Source: Tubulanus polymorphus
Lineage: Eukaryota > Animalia > Nemertea
Assembly: GCF_964204645.1 (NCBI RefSeq)
Contig: NC_134025.1
Location: forward strand, 13,702,001 to 13,766,000
Direction of reading: 5' to 3'
Length of the DNA stretch: 64,000 nt
Under the pieces are notes generated by a model. The model was not told the origin of the DNA. It searched no databases and saw nothing but the letters and a program-made list of their open reading frames with translations. A program made the translations under genes and the position numbers. Of the stretch, positions 10,697 through 23,800 are shown in pieces; position 1 is the first letter of the stretch; each line of letters starts with the position of its first letter.

Positions 10697-12088
10697 ATGG
10701 AGCTAAAACGACCATTAACAGTTGTTCTATTCGGCTCAAAATTCACCAATGCTGATCTAATATCCGCTGTAGGAAAAAACGTGGATTCTATAAAAGCGAT
10801 TCAGTGTTTACGTAATCGGTGTAACATTACATTTACTAGCCAGGATGTCCTCCAAAATATCATAACGACCGGTCTCAAAATCAAAGGTAAAATGTTTTTT
10901 CCCACTAAAGTTGAAGAAGCAGATGATGTTACTAATATAACTGAAAGATGCGCCGGTAGAGCTGTCGGACGAATACATAGCAGCTCAGTTAAGTCATTTC
11001 GGAGAAGTAATGAACAGCAGTATTCGTCGAGGTAAAATACAAGGAACAGAAATATTGAATGGAACTATTTATGCGAAAATGAAAAAAGTTGCAAATATCA
11101 TTCCAGTTGAACATAATGTCAGTACTGTGGAGATACAGATCATCCATATTTCAAATGTCTGCTATGTACAAGAAAGCGTTGTATAAAATGCGGTTCGTTC
11201 AATCATCTGGCGGAGGGCTGTCCAGTTGGTTTTGTATGCTTTAATTGCCACGAATATGGCTATAAAAAATTCATGTGTCCAAAACTACAGGATATTGCGA
11301 AAAAAATCAATTATTCGGCTGAAGAATGTCAGATAGTCGGTGAGGTCCGTTCAAAAGAGATCACTCACTCAACGCCCAAACCTGTGTCAGCGTCGACTAC
11401 AATTGTCAAACCGAAAAGCGTGATTGAGCACATAATCATAGGTGATTCGAACTGTAACCGACTAATCTTTCACGATATGAAAGATAGTATTTTAGTTGAT
11501 TCAACCCCGGGTGCAACTGCTGCTGAAATCGAAGTAATTATGGAAAATCTGAAAATAAAAGAATCATCAGAGAAATGTGCCGTAAAAAATGTTGTAGGTC
11601 ATTTCGGAACAAATGACATTTCGCGCTTCAAGGATGACCACGAACAGATTATACTCAATATATCCAAGTCAATAATCGTACTAAAAAAACATTTTCCAAA
11701 CGCCGTGATCCACGTATCCAGTATACTGCCGCGCAAGGGGAAAAGTAAAACCGCCGTAGCCTGTAATGAGACGTCAAAGAAAGTAAATTCTTTCATCGAG
11801 AAATTGTGTAAATCGGAAAAAGGCGTTACGTATATAAACAACGACAAATATTTTTCCCCAAACATGTCAGTGCCGAAATCATTATATGATGTGAACGATA
11901 AAGGGGGAATCCACATTGGAATCGAGGGAGCCAAGATTCTAACAAACACGTTTTTGGCGTCTCTAGGTCTATTGCCTGCTGCAGATTCTGAGAACAACAA
12001 ACGATCCCTCAGCCAGTCATCTTCTATCCATGTGAGCCCTGCGCACAAAAAGATAATCATGGAATCTAGTGAAGCTAGCTATGTATAA
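10697..12088 (+). pseudogene. LINE ORF1 (frameshifted): RRM-like N-terminus, three CCHC zinc knuckles, SGNH/GDSL esterase
   Basis: Across frameshifts: KAIQCLRNRCNITF, KDAPVELSDEYIAAQLSHFGEV, CQYCGDTDHPYFKC, CIKCGSFNHLAEGC, CFNCHEYGYKKFMC. SGNH blocks IIGDSN, PG, GTND and DKGGIH follow. Confidence 0.8.
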
Positions 12089-12112
12089 ATACACTTTTTC
12101 ACTATCTTTAGT

Positions 12113-14680
12113 ATGTCCTGTAATTACGTTTCTGAAACTGATTTTCATACGGTTCGTCAAAATAAAAGGTTTTCATTACTTTCATTTAATATTCGTAGTG
12201 CGAACAAACATTTTGACTCCTTTGTTAACTACCTTGATGTTTTAAGGGCGGACACTTCTGTCATAGGGATCTCCGAAACTTGGGCTATTGAAAATAACGA
12301 TAATGCTAGCCTTTATCATTTAAGTGGTTATAATTCCTTATTTAAGTGTAGGAAAAATGTAATTGGTGGTGGTGTTGCTTTATATGTAAAAAATAGTTTG
12401 AACTTTAAAATTCGCCATGACTTGTGTAGTGATTTCAATATTTACGAACCTATATTTGTTGAGATAACGGAAAAAAGGGAAAAAACAAAATTGTGGGCGT
12501 CATTTATCGACCCCCTGGTCTTAGTATAAAATCATTTCAAAATGAATTTGATAAGGTATTGAGAAAAATTAATAATGAAAATAAATTGTGTTATATTATG
12601 GGTGATTTTAATATAAATTTACTTATGTCAGATTTGCATCAGCAAACAGGTGATTTTAGTAATACTCTATTAACGAATTCTTTCTACCCTCTTATTGACA
12701 AGCCGACTCGCGTTACATCTACATCGGCAACACTAATTGATAATATATTTTGTAATAATGTAAAAAACGATCATCATTCAGGTATTTTAGTGACCGATAT
12801 CTCAGGTCACTTTCCGATTTTTTCTATCGTTAACTCTGAAAACGAACCCGTTATTGACGAATCTAGTTATTTTAGGAACTATTGTGACTGAAATGTCAGC
12901 TATTTCAATAGACTACTCCAGTCAGTTGACTGGTTCGATATACAAAATTGTGTTAATGCAAGCGACTCATATAAACTCTTCTTAAACAAATTTTGGATCC
13001 TGTATGAACGAGCATTTCCTATACAAAATCGACACACAAATAACACACAAAAATCTTGCTCAAATCACTGGCTAACAGCCGGCCTGAGAAATTCAATAAA
13101 GCATAAAAATCAACTTTACAAACAGTTCTTGAAATACAAATCAGATGAAAGAAAAGAAGTCTATATCCGTTACAAAAATTACTTAAAATTACTCAGGCGC
13201 TCAAAGAAAGATTATTACTCTAATAAACTACTAGCTGCCTCTCAAAATTCTAAGAAAACTTGGACTATCATAAATGATATACTTGGTAAATCTAGAAATG
13301 AAAATAAATTACCCGATGTTTTTAAAACTGACGATCACCGGAAAAAATTTGATAGAAGTCACATTGCCAATGAGTTTAATAAATATTTTGTTAATGTTGG
13401 GGAAAACCTGGCGAAAAAAATATCAGACCCAGGTGTTGATTTTTATAAGAGACTAGTAAATTTTTGCGAAAAGTTCAATATAATTTCATCAAGTCAATTC
13501 GGCTTCCGGAAACACCACTCTCCTGCAATGGCTCTGATCAAACTGATCAACGAAATCACAAATAACATAGATAATAAAAAGACTACAATTGGAATATTTT
13601 TGGATCTTTCTAAAGCATTCGACACTGTAAACCATCACATTCTTCTAGAAAAACTTAAATTTTATGGTATTAAGGGATTACCCCTCCTTTGGTTTAAAAA
13701 CTATCTTGAAAATAGATGCCAAGTTGTACAAATAGAAAATAAAATATCAGACCCCCTCCAAATCAAAATCGGAGTTCCGCAAGGGTCTTGGTCCCTTACT
13801 ATTTTTGTTATATATCAATGACAGCACAAATGTAAGTAATCTTATTCAATTAATCTTGTTCGCCGATGACACGAACGCCTTTATCAGTGATACCGACCGC
13901 CATCGCATTATCCGAAATATAAATACTGAATCATATAAATTATCAATATGGTTTCAAGCAAACAAATTATCATTGAACCTGGAAAAAACAAATTATATAG
14001 TATTCGGTCCTGACTTACCAAACAACGTTTTTATCCATATAAATGGTCAACCTATTAACCGTGTAAAACACACTAATTTCCTAGGGGTTTGTATTGATGA
14101 AAAATTATCATGGAAGGAACATATAAATAATATTAGAATAAGAGTTGCCCGCAGTGTAGGTATACTGAATCGACTAAAACATATTCTGCCACAACGTATC
14201 CTTATCAATTTATATTTTGCTCTTATCGATCCACACCTAAGCTATTGTAATATTGTATGGTCATCAAATCATTCGAATCTCTTAAATCCTTTACTTCTAT
14301 TACAAAAACGTGCCGTCAGAATTATTACCAACTCTTACTACCTAGAACATACAAATTCACTATTCAAAAGACTTAATATTCTAAAAATCCAAGATATTAA
14401 TTACTTCCAAATTGGTTGTTTTATGTATAACTACTCCCATAATGATATTCCCCGCAGTTTTGAAAATTATTTTCCTCTAAGAAATCAAATTCACAGCCGC
14501 TTAACCAGAAATCGTAACGACCTAATTATTCAATATTTCAAGGGACAATTAAAGAAACACTCATTAAAAGTTATAGGCCCCCAATTTTGGAACAAATTAA
14601 ATACAGATATAAAAAAATCAATAAGTTTATTCGTTTTTAAAAAAAGGCTCAAACATTCCCTTGTTGAGCTATATTCGTAA
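12113..14680 (+). pseudogene. LINE ORF2 (AP endonuclease plus reverse transcriptase), disrupted
   Basis: Motifs FNIRS, ISETW, GGGVALYV, YRPP, MGDFN, TLIDNIF, QFGFR, FLDLSKAFDTVNH, GVPQGS, LFADDT, FLGVCIDEKLSW. Frameshifts near 12480 and 13787, in-frame stop at 12889-12891, deletion near 13441. Confidence 0.9.
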
Positions 14681-14961
14681 TTTATTATGTCAATCAGTGT
14701 ATGTATGTCATTGTTCAGTCAGTATATGTATATGTATGTCAGTACGTTGTATTATGATCGGTATTATGTCGTTTTTCTACTCTATTTCATTTCATTTTAT
14801 ATATTTTCTTTTCTAGGGCTGCTTTCTTGTATAAGCTAACTGTTGCTTCAAAGCAGTCCCTCATCTAATATTATTACAATTTTAATGTATTTGTTTATCC
14901 ATTAATTCTGTAAAAATTTTACATGAAAATAAATCATATCATAAATCATATCATATCATAA

Positions 14962-15302
14962 TGAATTGCTAAATTGTAGCTCGTGACATGTTCTATGATT
15001 GTGAAGAGTTTTTACAGCTCATTAGTTGTTGTATATGGTCACTAGGGAATGTTAAATAGTGAAGTAACTTAATATTTTCATATTGTATTGTACTAAGGCA
15101 TATTTTGTAACCACAATGAATTGCAAAATTGTAGCTTGTGACGTGTTCTATGATTGTGGTGAGTTTCATGGTCATTTGTTTATGTATATTGTCATCAGGG
15201 GTGTTGAATAGCTGAATAACTTTGTGTTTCATATTTTATTGGTACCAATGCATATTTTGTTACCACAATGAATTGCAAAATTGTAGCTCATGACATGTTC
15301 TA
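14962..15302 (+). mobile_element. HINE family A tandem units, continuing the unit broken at ~10597 by the LINE
   Basis: Two to three ~154-bp units containing TGTAGCTCGTGACATGTTCTATGATTGTG. Confidence 0.7.
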
Positions 15303-15304
15303 TA

Positions 15305-15585
15305 GCCGCGATCACACGTGCATTTTTGGCCCTTGCCAAATTTGGCCCGGAACAACTGTTCACACGGGTGCCAAATGGGCCCGAGCCTGTTTGGCCCGGG
15401 CCAAATTTGGCCCGACCAAAAACGTTGGACCAGGCCCGAGCCTCATTTTAGCACCAGACAAATGATTGCGTTTGAATTGCAACTAGCACCCGAAATGATC
15501 CACTTCGCATTGTTGAGTATCGAGTGAATGGTTTGCTATGAACGCGCTCTCTAATTAGGCACGGGCCAAATTTGGTCTGCTGGGT
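15305..15585. mobile_element. Truncated MITE (PIF/Harbinger-like), same family as 49981-50079
   Basis: Starts GCCGCGATCACACG after TA; internal GGCCAAATTTGGCC palindromes. Confidence 0.6.
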
Positions 15586-15697
15586 CCCTTGAATAATTTT
15601 TCTTGAGTCTTTTTTTAAGTCTTGAGAAACTATTTTGGTATTTTTTTACTATGTAAGACTGATTTATACTATGATTTTCACTTTTCTTTAATTTCAG

Positions 15698-15856
15698 TTG
15701 TACAAAGAAATAAAAGAGAGTGCAGCTATCGATGCAATTAAAAATCTGTGTAGTGAACATGGACAAAAAGCATTGACATCATTAAACTTTTTACCAGAAT
15801 CAGATGCACGAAAGACACTTGAGGATATTGTCCGAGTATTTTCAGTGAAAAGATAG
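15698..15856 (+). CDS. PDSS2: PDSS2 terminal coding exon (absent from the ORF track because it is under 60 aa)
   Basis: ttttctttaatttcAG followed by LYKEIKESAAIDAIKNLCSEHGQKALTSLNFLPESDARKTLEDIVRVFSVKR-TAG, matching the PDSS2 C-terminus ([29 protein letters not shown]). Phase 0 fits the previous exon. Confidence 0.88.
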   Translation: MYKEIKESAAIDAIKNLCSEHGQKALTSLNFLPESDARKTLEDIVRVFSVKR

Positions 15857-16416
15857 CGATTTGTTTTAACATCAGTGTGAAGGAATATAGAAGGTGTGAG
15901 TGAGTCAAGTATTTTCAGGGAAATCATCAATTAAACAAAACGCCAAATTTTGGTTTTAGATTATAATGAATAGTTTTTAAGTTGATGTAACATGTTTCTT
16001 CCACAATTATCAGGGTGAGGAAATTGTCTACCAGTTGTCTCTCTGTCCCTTAATTCTGAGAAGAAGTAGCAGGGCCTACAATCAAATGGCCTTTTTGGAT
16101 TTTGCGTAATTATGCAAATTAAGAGCTTTTGAGCCCCCTTGGAACATTGGTCCTGCGGCAGGCTATTGCATTGGCTTGTCATCCATCCATCCATCTATAG
16201 ACAGAATCTAGGTTTCTTGGAAAGTTTTCAATATGCTTATGTATGGTCTTGATATTTGGTTTCTGTAAGTTTTAAGTTTTCATGTATGTATATGTAACCC
16301 CATAGCCCTTTTGGAACGCATGGCGTTTTGGAAATGTCATGAGTGACACTGGTGTATGACGTTTAAACGTAATTCACCCATCGCACTGAACTAACTGTTG
16401 AACACAGGTGAGACTA

Positions 16417-16592
16417 CAGTGGAACCTTGCGGCAATGAACTTCAGGGAACCAGAAAATCTGTTCTTCAATTACCGATAGTTTGTTATATCCAGTATGAAA
16501 GTAATTGGTTTTTTCTTACTTGGGATGAAATTCTAGATTTGTTATAACCGATAGATCATTATACCCAAGGTCATTAAAACGAGGTTCCACTG
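16417..16592. mobile_element. Tc1/mariner (Tigger/pogo-like) MITE
   Basis: TA|CAGTGGAACCT ... AGGTTCCACTG|TG (right-hand TA mutated). Confidence 0.7.
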
Positions 16593-18620
16593 TGATTAGT
16601 ATGACTTCTGAACAACAGATGGCACCTGTGTGCTGGTAGTTGCCACTGTTCGCCTGCTGAGCACTCTGTCAAATGAAAATGAGATTGCTTCTCAAAAGCA
16701 CATGTTTAGTACAAAAACAATTATACTACAAATAGTTATTTTTGGTTTTAGCTTTTATATTGTTGTAATGATTATGTAATGACAATAAGGGTTATTTATA
16801 TTCTAACTTTTCTAAATAAATAGAAGATAGTTAGTAAGCAAAAATTGTATTTCGTTTTTTTCGCTGATTTTCAAGTTGGAATATCACAATTTTTTATAAA
16901 ACTATTAAAATCACAATTTAGAATAATTTGAAAAATATAATTTTTTAGGGAAAATATGGTCCGCACTGGGCGCTGCAAGCACATACGCAGTGACAGGCCT
17001 CTGCACAGGGTGCTGCAAGCACATACACAGTGACAGGGCTAGCAGCACAAGAAGATTAGGTCAATTAGGAACAAGATGGCTTTCTTGTTACTTTTTTTGT
17101 TCAAAAATGTCATTTTAGGCCTGATCAGAATCAAGACAGCTAAAAATTTTCTTGATGTTTCCTACGTATATTTTTGCCCTTAGGGTTCATCGTCAAGACC
17201 TTTAACTTACTAATGATTAGTCATTATTCATTGAAATTTGTGATAGATATATTTTGGGAAAAAATCTTTTAACATATCTGACAGGGTTTTTGATCAGTCA
17301 ATATTTACGCAATAGGTGGGACACCTTTAGGTCATCAATCTTCATGTGTAGATGTGAAAAAGGTTTTTTTGAGGAAACTATCAACCGGTTTTAACTTATT
17401 GTCACGATATTTTATAATTATCAGAACTGACATAGGACATATTTCCATACATGTATTTGAGGTTACCCAGGTTTTTGTCCTCCGAATTCCAAATTCCATA
17501 CCGGTTTCCAAATTCACTGTATATCAACTGCCCCTCCCGAGTCTTTCCTTGAGGGAACGGAGTTTATTTGATGAAAAGTGGTAAATGCGAATACCGGTAC
17601 GTGTACTGCAACACTTGCATGCCGACCAGAGCTGTTTTTGGATTGATTTTGACTAAATTTAGTTACAATAAGCTCAGTTAGGCCCACATTACAAGTATGC
17701 GAATTTAGATATATTTCGAATCTGGCGAATCATTGTGACAGACCATTGTCGATGAGGCTTCGTAGTAAATGATGTTGCTATAAATCACACTTTCACTACT
17801 GTTAACCCGCAACGTCTCGAGGACAATCATTTCTGTTTTCAGCACGTACTATTGAGTGTTTCCTTAACTGCTCAATGGATTTGATCGCGTGAGTAAATGT
17901 CGGAAATCACCCCGGAGTGAGACTCGCTGTTAACAGCACGAAATCATTCTGAGCTGTATAAAGATGGAAAATTGACATCTTTCAGCAAGGATTTGACCGC
18001 AATTCAAAGTTGGTTGGCGATACGTGTTTTGATGTTAGGAAATGAAAGCCTGGGGCCATATTCCTAGTATCTCGCCAAGTAAGCCATCGTAACAATGCAG
18101 AAACGTCACAATATCGACGAAATTTGACTAGATTGAAGACCATTATTGAAGTCAAGAAAATTGAAAGCAATTATGGTGAGCTCGATGGTTGACTGATTGA
18201 AGGGCTACGTGGATGCATGCACATCAAAACGATTTCGGGTAATTCGTGGTGGATACTGATAGCTTGATTAAATCGTAAACGAGACGCTCGTACAATAGAA
18301 AGTCGTATTATTAACAACTTATAACTTGCTCAAAGCAACAAGCTCAGTACCACTGTATCTGTAGTCTAACTTGAATTAAATCAATGCGAGTACTTAGATG
18401 CGTTGATCCTGTAAATCCCGTCAAATAATGACAGTTTAATGAAAAATGATTTACCATGTTGAAAAATTGGAAATATTTCAAAGGTTTGAATTGAACTATT
18501 TTGATTTGCATTTATCAACGCGGTAATCAAGACATGGTTGGAAAAGTAGTACTTACTGGGGAACTACTTAGAAAAGACGTTATCTTAACTTAGGTCTTCC
18601 AAACTTAAGGTTTATTCCTG

Positions 18621-18835
18621 GGCCCAGTTGCTCAAATGTTGATGAGAGTTAATCAGTGGATAATTTACAGAGACAATTAAATCATAGTATTTATCGGGGT
18701 GGTGGGATTTGCAGTTGCCCAAAAGTTGGTTAGAGTTAACTGGTGGACAAATACCATGGTAAAAGGCAATTTCAATTGTTATTTTGGCGTGTTTATCCAC
18801 TGGTTAGCTCTGACCAACTTTTGAGCAACTGACCC
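18621..18835. mobile_element. Harbinger-like MITE with CTG target duplication; a second small MITE abuts it (~18839-18942)
   Basis: CTG|GGCCCAGTTGCTCAAA...CAGTGGATAA ... TTATCCACTGG...TTTGAGCAACTGACCC|CTG. Confidence 0.65.
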
Positions 18836-19229
18836 CTGGACCTGGTTCCATACCTCGGTTAACTCTTGAGTTGAAAATTTCACCCTTAGGGGCAAAAGCT
18901 AACGCTAGGGTTAATTTTAACCCACAACGGTGGAAATGGGTCCTGATGGTTATATTAAACCATGGACTTAGCAATTGCAAAGACAGATCGAGGAAAGTGA
19001 TGCAAGGGGTCTAAAATGTGTCAAAAGAATAAAGTTTATTGCTCCATAAATAGACAATAGTTGCTTAGGGCATATTTATTTCTGTGTGCGTTTATGTATG
19101 TTAACTATCTGTTAAGAATACCGGGTACCGTAACTCTTTTATAATTCTTTAAGTTTTTGTGCCCTAAGCAACTGTATTTTTGTGGAGCAATAAAGTTCGG
19201 AGGTTTCGGAAAAAGGATATTTAAGAACG

Positions 19230-19475
19230 CAGGGGCAGATCCAGCCGGTGAATTTGAGTATATTCCTAAAAACTATTGCTCAATCATATGCTGGCGGTGA
19301 AGCTCATTAAAAGAAGGTTTGGGGTTCCTCCCAAGAAAAATTCGAAAAATGACTCTATATCCGTATTTAAAGGCATTCTGGACCTGTTAGATTAGGTACT
19401 TCTAGAAAATATGTTATTCACATTTTTCTGACTATATTCTGGAATACAGGGGAATATAGCTTGGATCTGCCTCTG
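19230..19475. mobile_element. Non-autonomous DNA transposon with 5-bp TSD (hAT-like termini)
   Basis: GAACG|CAGGGGCAGATCCAG ... TTGGATCTGCCTCTG|GAACG. Confidence 0.75.
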
Positions 19476-20734
19476 GAACGTAATGGAATTCGTCCCCGAA
19501 ATCTTCTGTGTCACAAAGACTACGAGTTCTATCCTCCCTGGGGTCCGGTTGTATCATCCAGTTACTTTACGCTTGGCGTGAAGCCCCACCCCGCTTCCGC
19601 AAAATGAATATTATGAAAATTATGTCTCTGGACATTCTGCAGACTGGAAAAAATGTCAAGTATATAGATCGTGATTTCATTGGAAAAAGTAAATCGGGTA
19701 TCTTTCAGACTGACAATTAGAGGGGCGCTCCAAATTAAAGGAGGATTGCGGTGTCCCTTGAATGATTTTACTATTCTACTATTCTACCGGAGTTATGCAA
19801 ATCGTCGTTCATTCGATTTTCGGTAACAAGTTCAACGTAAAAGTATGATCGGTATGTCTAACACGGACGCACCCATGCCAACCCATTTTATGAAATTTTA
19901 ATACTTCGTCTTTGTCGCAGCGATGATGTGTTTTCTGTTAATCTTTCTGATTTATTGAATATGGCCAAATCGTGTGTATTTTGTGTGTATGATCACACAC
20001 GCAGCCCGTATATTTGCGAATATTGGCGACATTTGCCATTAAATCGCCGATTTAATCATCCGCCCATGTTGTATCTGTCTTCGGTTTTTATGTTCACCGT
20101 TGTCGACTTCGCTGATTATTTCTCATAATATTACACATTGCGGTAAATGGTCGAACGTGATCTCATTTCTGATGAACGGTTTTCTTGGCATGTTTCTGAG
20201 AGCCGATTCTTCATCATTTCAGATGATGCGTTTAGTCATGTTAAAGTCTCCCTTTCAAATATGCTATGTAATATAAACGTTGGTGGCCGAAAGCTAGACC
20301 GAGGCCAGACCTGGACAATTACTCGTATGTTATAACAAACTGGTATGAAGGGAAACGAATAATGTTAAATTTACCAGATGGCTGTCCTGAAGACGGCGAA
20401 ATAAAGTATATATGACAAGTACGATCAAAAAGGGTCACTGATCCCGGGAACAATTTTTTACGTTTGAATGTATATTTTTGTGATTTTGTAACATTTTGGC
20501 ATCCTTATATTTAGTTCACACGAGGATTTCAGAACACGGTTAGATTATTCGTGTGGATTATTTAGTACTGTACTGAAATACCGGGTTTATTAAGCGCGGA
20601 TAGTGATTCTGCACCGAAAACTCGATCTCAGTACGGCTCTGAGCTGGCAGTGCACCCGGCGCTAAGCAAGCCGCGTGTAATGTAGTGTATGGCAGTTTCA
20701 AGCAATATAGGAATTCCAAAATTCAATTTTTGGT

Positions 20735-20815
20735 TTACTCGCACGAGAAAACCAAACTTTTTGAATTCTCGCGCGAGAAAACCAAAATTTTTTGAATTCT
20801 CGCGCGAGTAAACCA
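20735..20815. repeat. Short tandem array, about 3 x 30 bp
   Basis: Unit resembles TTCTCGCGCGAGAAACCAAAATTTTTTGAA, with a palindromic TCTCGCGCGAGA core. Confidence 0.7.
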
Positions 20816-23800
20816 ATAATTGAAAATTTTTTATCGTTTGCTTTAGCCGTACAGAAAAATTTTTAGTATGGCCAGAATCGACCACCATAGTCCCGAGACC
20901 GATGGATAGGAAAATTTTAGATAGGGGCTCCGCTACAAACCTAAAATATTTTTGAAAAGTACTAACGTACTTCCTGCATAGCAGCACCATTCGCATTCAA
21001 ATTGAGGGAATTACCGCTATAATATTTTTAAAACATGCAGCTAGGGTTTCGAACCTTACTGGTCTCACTATATGTATCTAAGATTTGGATATTGTCGGAG
21101 CCATCCTTTTCATTTACATAAACAACAAACGCCCGGCTGCGCATGGCAGCAGTCTTATTTTTGTCATTAGTCAATGCTGGATAATGGGCCTCAGATGCTC
21201 CAAAAACCCCTTGAAATTTCAAAATTTTCTTGGCGGAGGACCCCCAAACCCCCGTGGACTTCGCACCTTCGGTGTTAGCCTAGTAGTTTTACTTATTTCC
21301 GCGTTTTTCAAACTTCGTTCTCATCCCTGTGGCACACACAGGTTGTTTTTCGCGAAAATGTGATAGGGAACAATCCATGTCCAGCGTCCGCGATCCAATG
21401 ATTATTTTTGCGAAATGACAAAAATGATACGCAAGAGGCCATTCATGATTTGTGTTGATATGAAAAGAACTCGCATTGTAATTAGATGCATAAAGTTACA
21501 TGGCTTTATATTTGGGAGATATTAGTACAAATCTTTTTACACTCTTTTTACTACTTCTTTGGCAGTACCGTATAAATCGTTCAGAAATCCTATAATGTTT
21601 ATCATGTCTCGAATCTTAAGGGAATTGCGTTGTTAAGTATGCCTCGAATGTCAAGCAATTACATTTTTCAAGTAATCGTCCTTCGGAAATGTGAGAGCTC
21701 GCTGTATCTATTTCTAAGTTTGAGACAACATGCGCTCTTACTGAGCCAAATTGATGAATGGATAGAAAGCTATTTTTGTTGAAATAACGCGAGACGGTTA
21801 ATGAGCTCTCTTGAGAAACGATCGCTGTAAGTGCAGCCAGAATTTCTTCTGTAACTGTAATCAGAGCGCTTTTATGCCGAGTGAACGGTTAGGATAATTA
21901 GAGCGCCCCGGTATTAAACCAGTTCGTGGTTGCAAATTGCAAATTGCCACAGTTATAGATCTTCTTGCCGTTAGCCGAGCCAAATCGACCTGAATAAAGA
22001 ATAAATTCAATTTCTTTTTTTGTCACTCAAGATAATATCTCTCAAGGAGAAAGGAAGGCAATCTAGCCTACACTTCAAGAAACAACTCTTCACTCATCAC
22101 CAAAGAAGCAAACAAGTTGTTGTCATAGATATAATAGAAATACTTACAGAAATGAAGCAATTAGTCAATCAAGTAATGGAGCATACGAACAATTAAAGTA
22201 TAATATGAAAGAACGTAGTTACTGGAAAAATTAATTTTGTCAGGTATATATATGAGGAAAAATCAGATGATCTATAGTGATATATACTTTTGATTATTCA
22301 TTAATTAACACAAATAAGTTCGAAACACTTTAATTTGTTGCCTAAAATTCACCTAGAAAGGGTTGCCAGGTAGACCGGTAGTTTCGGGTTGCAATGCACC
22401 CACTTAGAACTTTCTAATTGGGTACATTATCATCTTCAACGTCTTGCTGAAAACCTGCTACGCACCAGTATCTACACTTCACATCTCGTCATGCGAAACT
22501 CCAAAAGTAGTTTTAGTCAGACTCCAAAGTTAGTAGAATTAATCGGGATCAAGCACTTAAGCAATATAGACAAAACGAAGGCGACGAAAGGACATACTAT
22601 GTATTAACATATAATCCAGTAGTATCAGAAGTTGGTAGTATTCTAAGAATTTCGATACCATATTATCATATTTATATGTATGATAACTTTAGAAATTACT
22701 TATAGACGTCCTTACACACACCGCGGTAACGATGATAGAATATCGGGATGGAATATAAACTGTGTTCACGATCACATAGGACAAAGGAAAACGTTTCTTC
22801 ACGCTACTGGTGGTCCGATGATACAAATTAGTTATCACTGATCCGAAGATGATCATTTTTAGTGTTAGCCTAAATTTTGGACAGCTGAGTTTATTTTTGT
22901 CGATATAATTGGGCATTTTACCATCTCCCGCTGTTTTCTCACTAAAACGATCAACGTAATTTTGTAACACAGCACCAGGACTGTGATTACAGAAAATTTC
23001 CTCAAAATCCTTCCGGATTCGGGCGCTGTTTCGTCGTTAATGACCCATAATTGCAGCAAGATGATAACACCATTATCTTAGTTAATCCTTGTAATTTACT
23101 GACATAACAAGCGGTGGATTTTACCTGGAGTCATACGTCACTGCTGAAATTGCAGCCATATCTGCGAGCAAAATGGCCATTATCTCGCCCTCCGTGACAG
23201 AAAGGTAGTAGTTAACAAGCGCCAGGCACTGCCAAAGACTAGGTAATTAACTCGTTGGGAGCGATTCACAGGAAAGAAGGTGGAAAGCGATTATAACAAA
23301 CATATGATTTGCCAAGATTCTCATATTTCACCCAATAAATGATCAAAAGCGTAATTACGTCGCAGCGTTGTGGTTTCCTAGACAGGAAAATTGTGCAGTT
23401 CAAATATGCCGGTTATATGATATCGTTCGTCAATTTTGCGGTATATCGGATGCAAGGTAATTCAAATCCGGACGTGTCGAATTATCCTGTTTCCGTTACA
23501 CCGATGGGAAATTACTGATTTGAAAGAAAAAAGGACGTGGTTTTGAGTAAGAAAAAGTCAATACTATTTTCAACTCAGACACAAATAAAACAGATTTCTG
23601 TTTTTACTGGTCCTTTTGTACGCCCATAAGAATTTTAACCGATGCGTGCTGGCAACAGGGCGTTTTCGCCGCGCTTCGATGATGAAAACCTTCAAATGTC
23701 TTGGTAACAGATGCGCTACTCCGCATGAATCCAAATCTAAATGTTTTAATTGTAAGGCAGCTTTTCTTACGCGATGGTTTCTACTCGTATTCACTACGTG

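Larger units (their letters stand above)
10598..14956 (+). mobile_element. 5'-complete but decayed CR1/L2-group (Crack/Daphne-like) LINE in the last PDSS2 intron
   Basis: 5' UTR with YY1-like AATATGGCGGC (10605-10615), ORF1, APE-RT ORF2, 3' AATAAA plus (ATCAT)n tail. CATAA direct repeat at 10593-10597 and 14957-14961. Confidence 0.85.

Noticed and set aside
11599-12060. 153-aa minus-strand ORF
   Set aside because: Antisense shadow of the LINE esterase region with no recognisable motif.
20380-20420. CTGAAGA...GAAA resembling a minimal hammerhead ribozyme
   Set aside because: No proper stem II or III, and no NUH triplet adjacent to the possible stem I.
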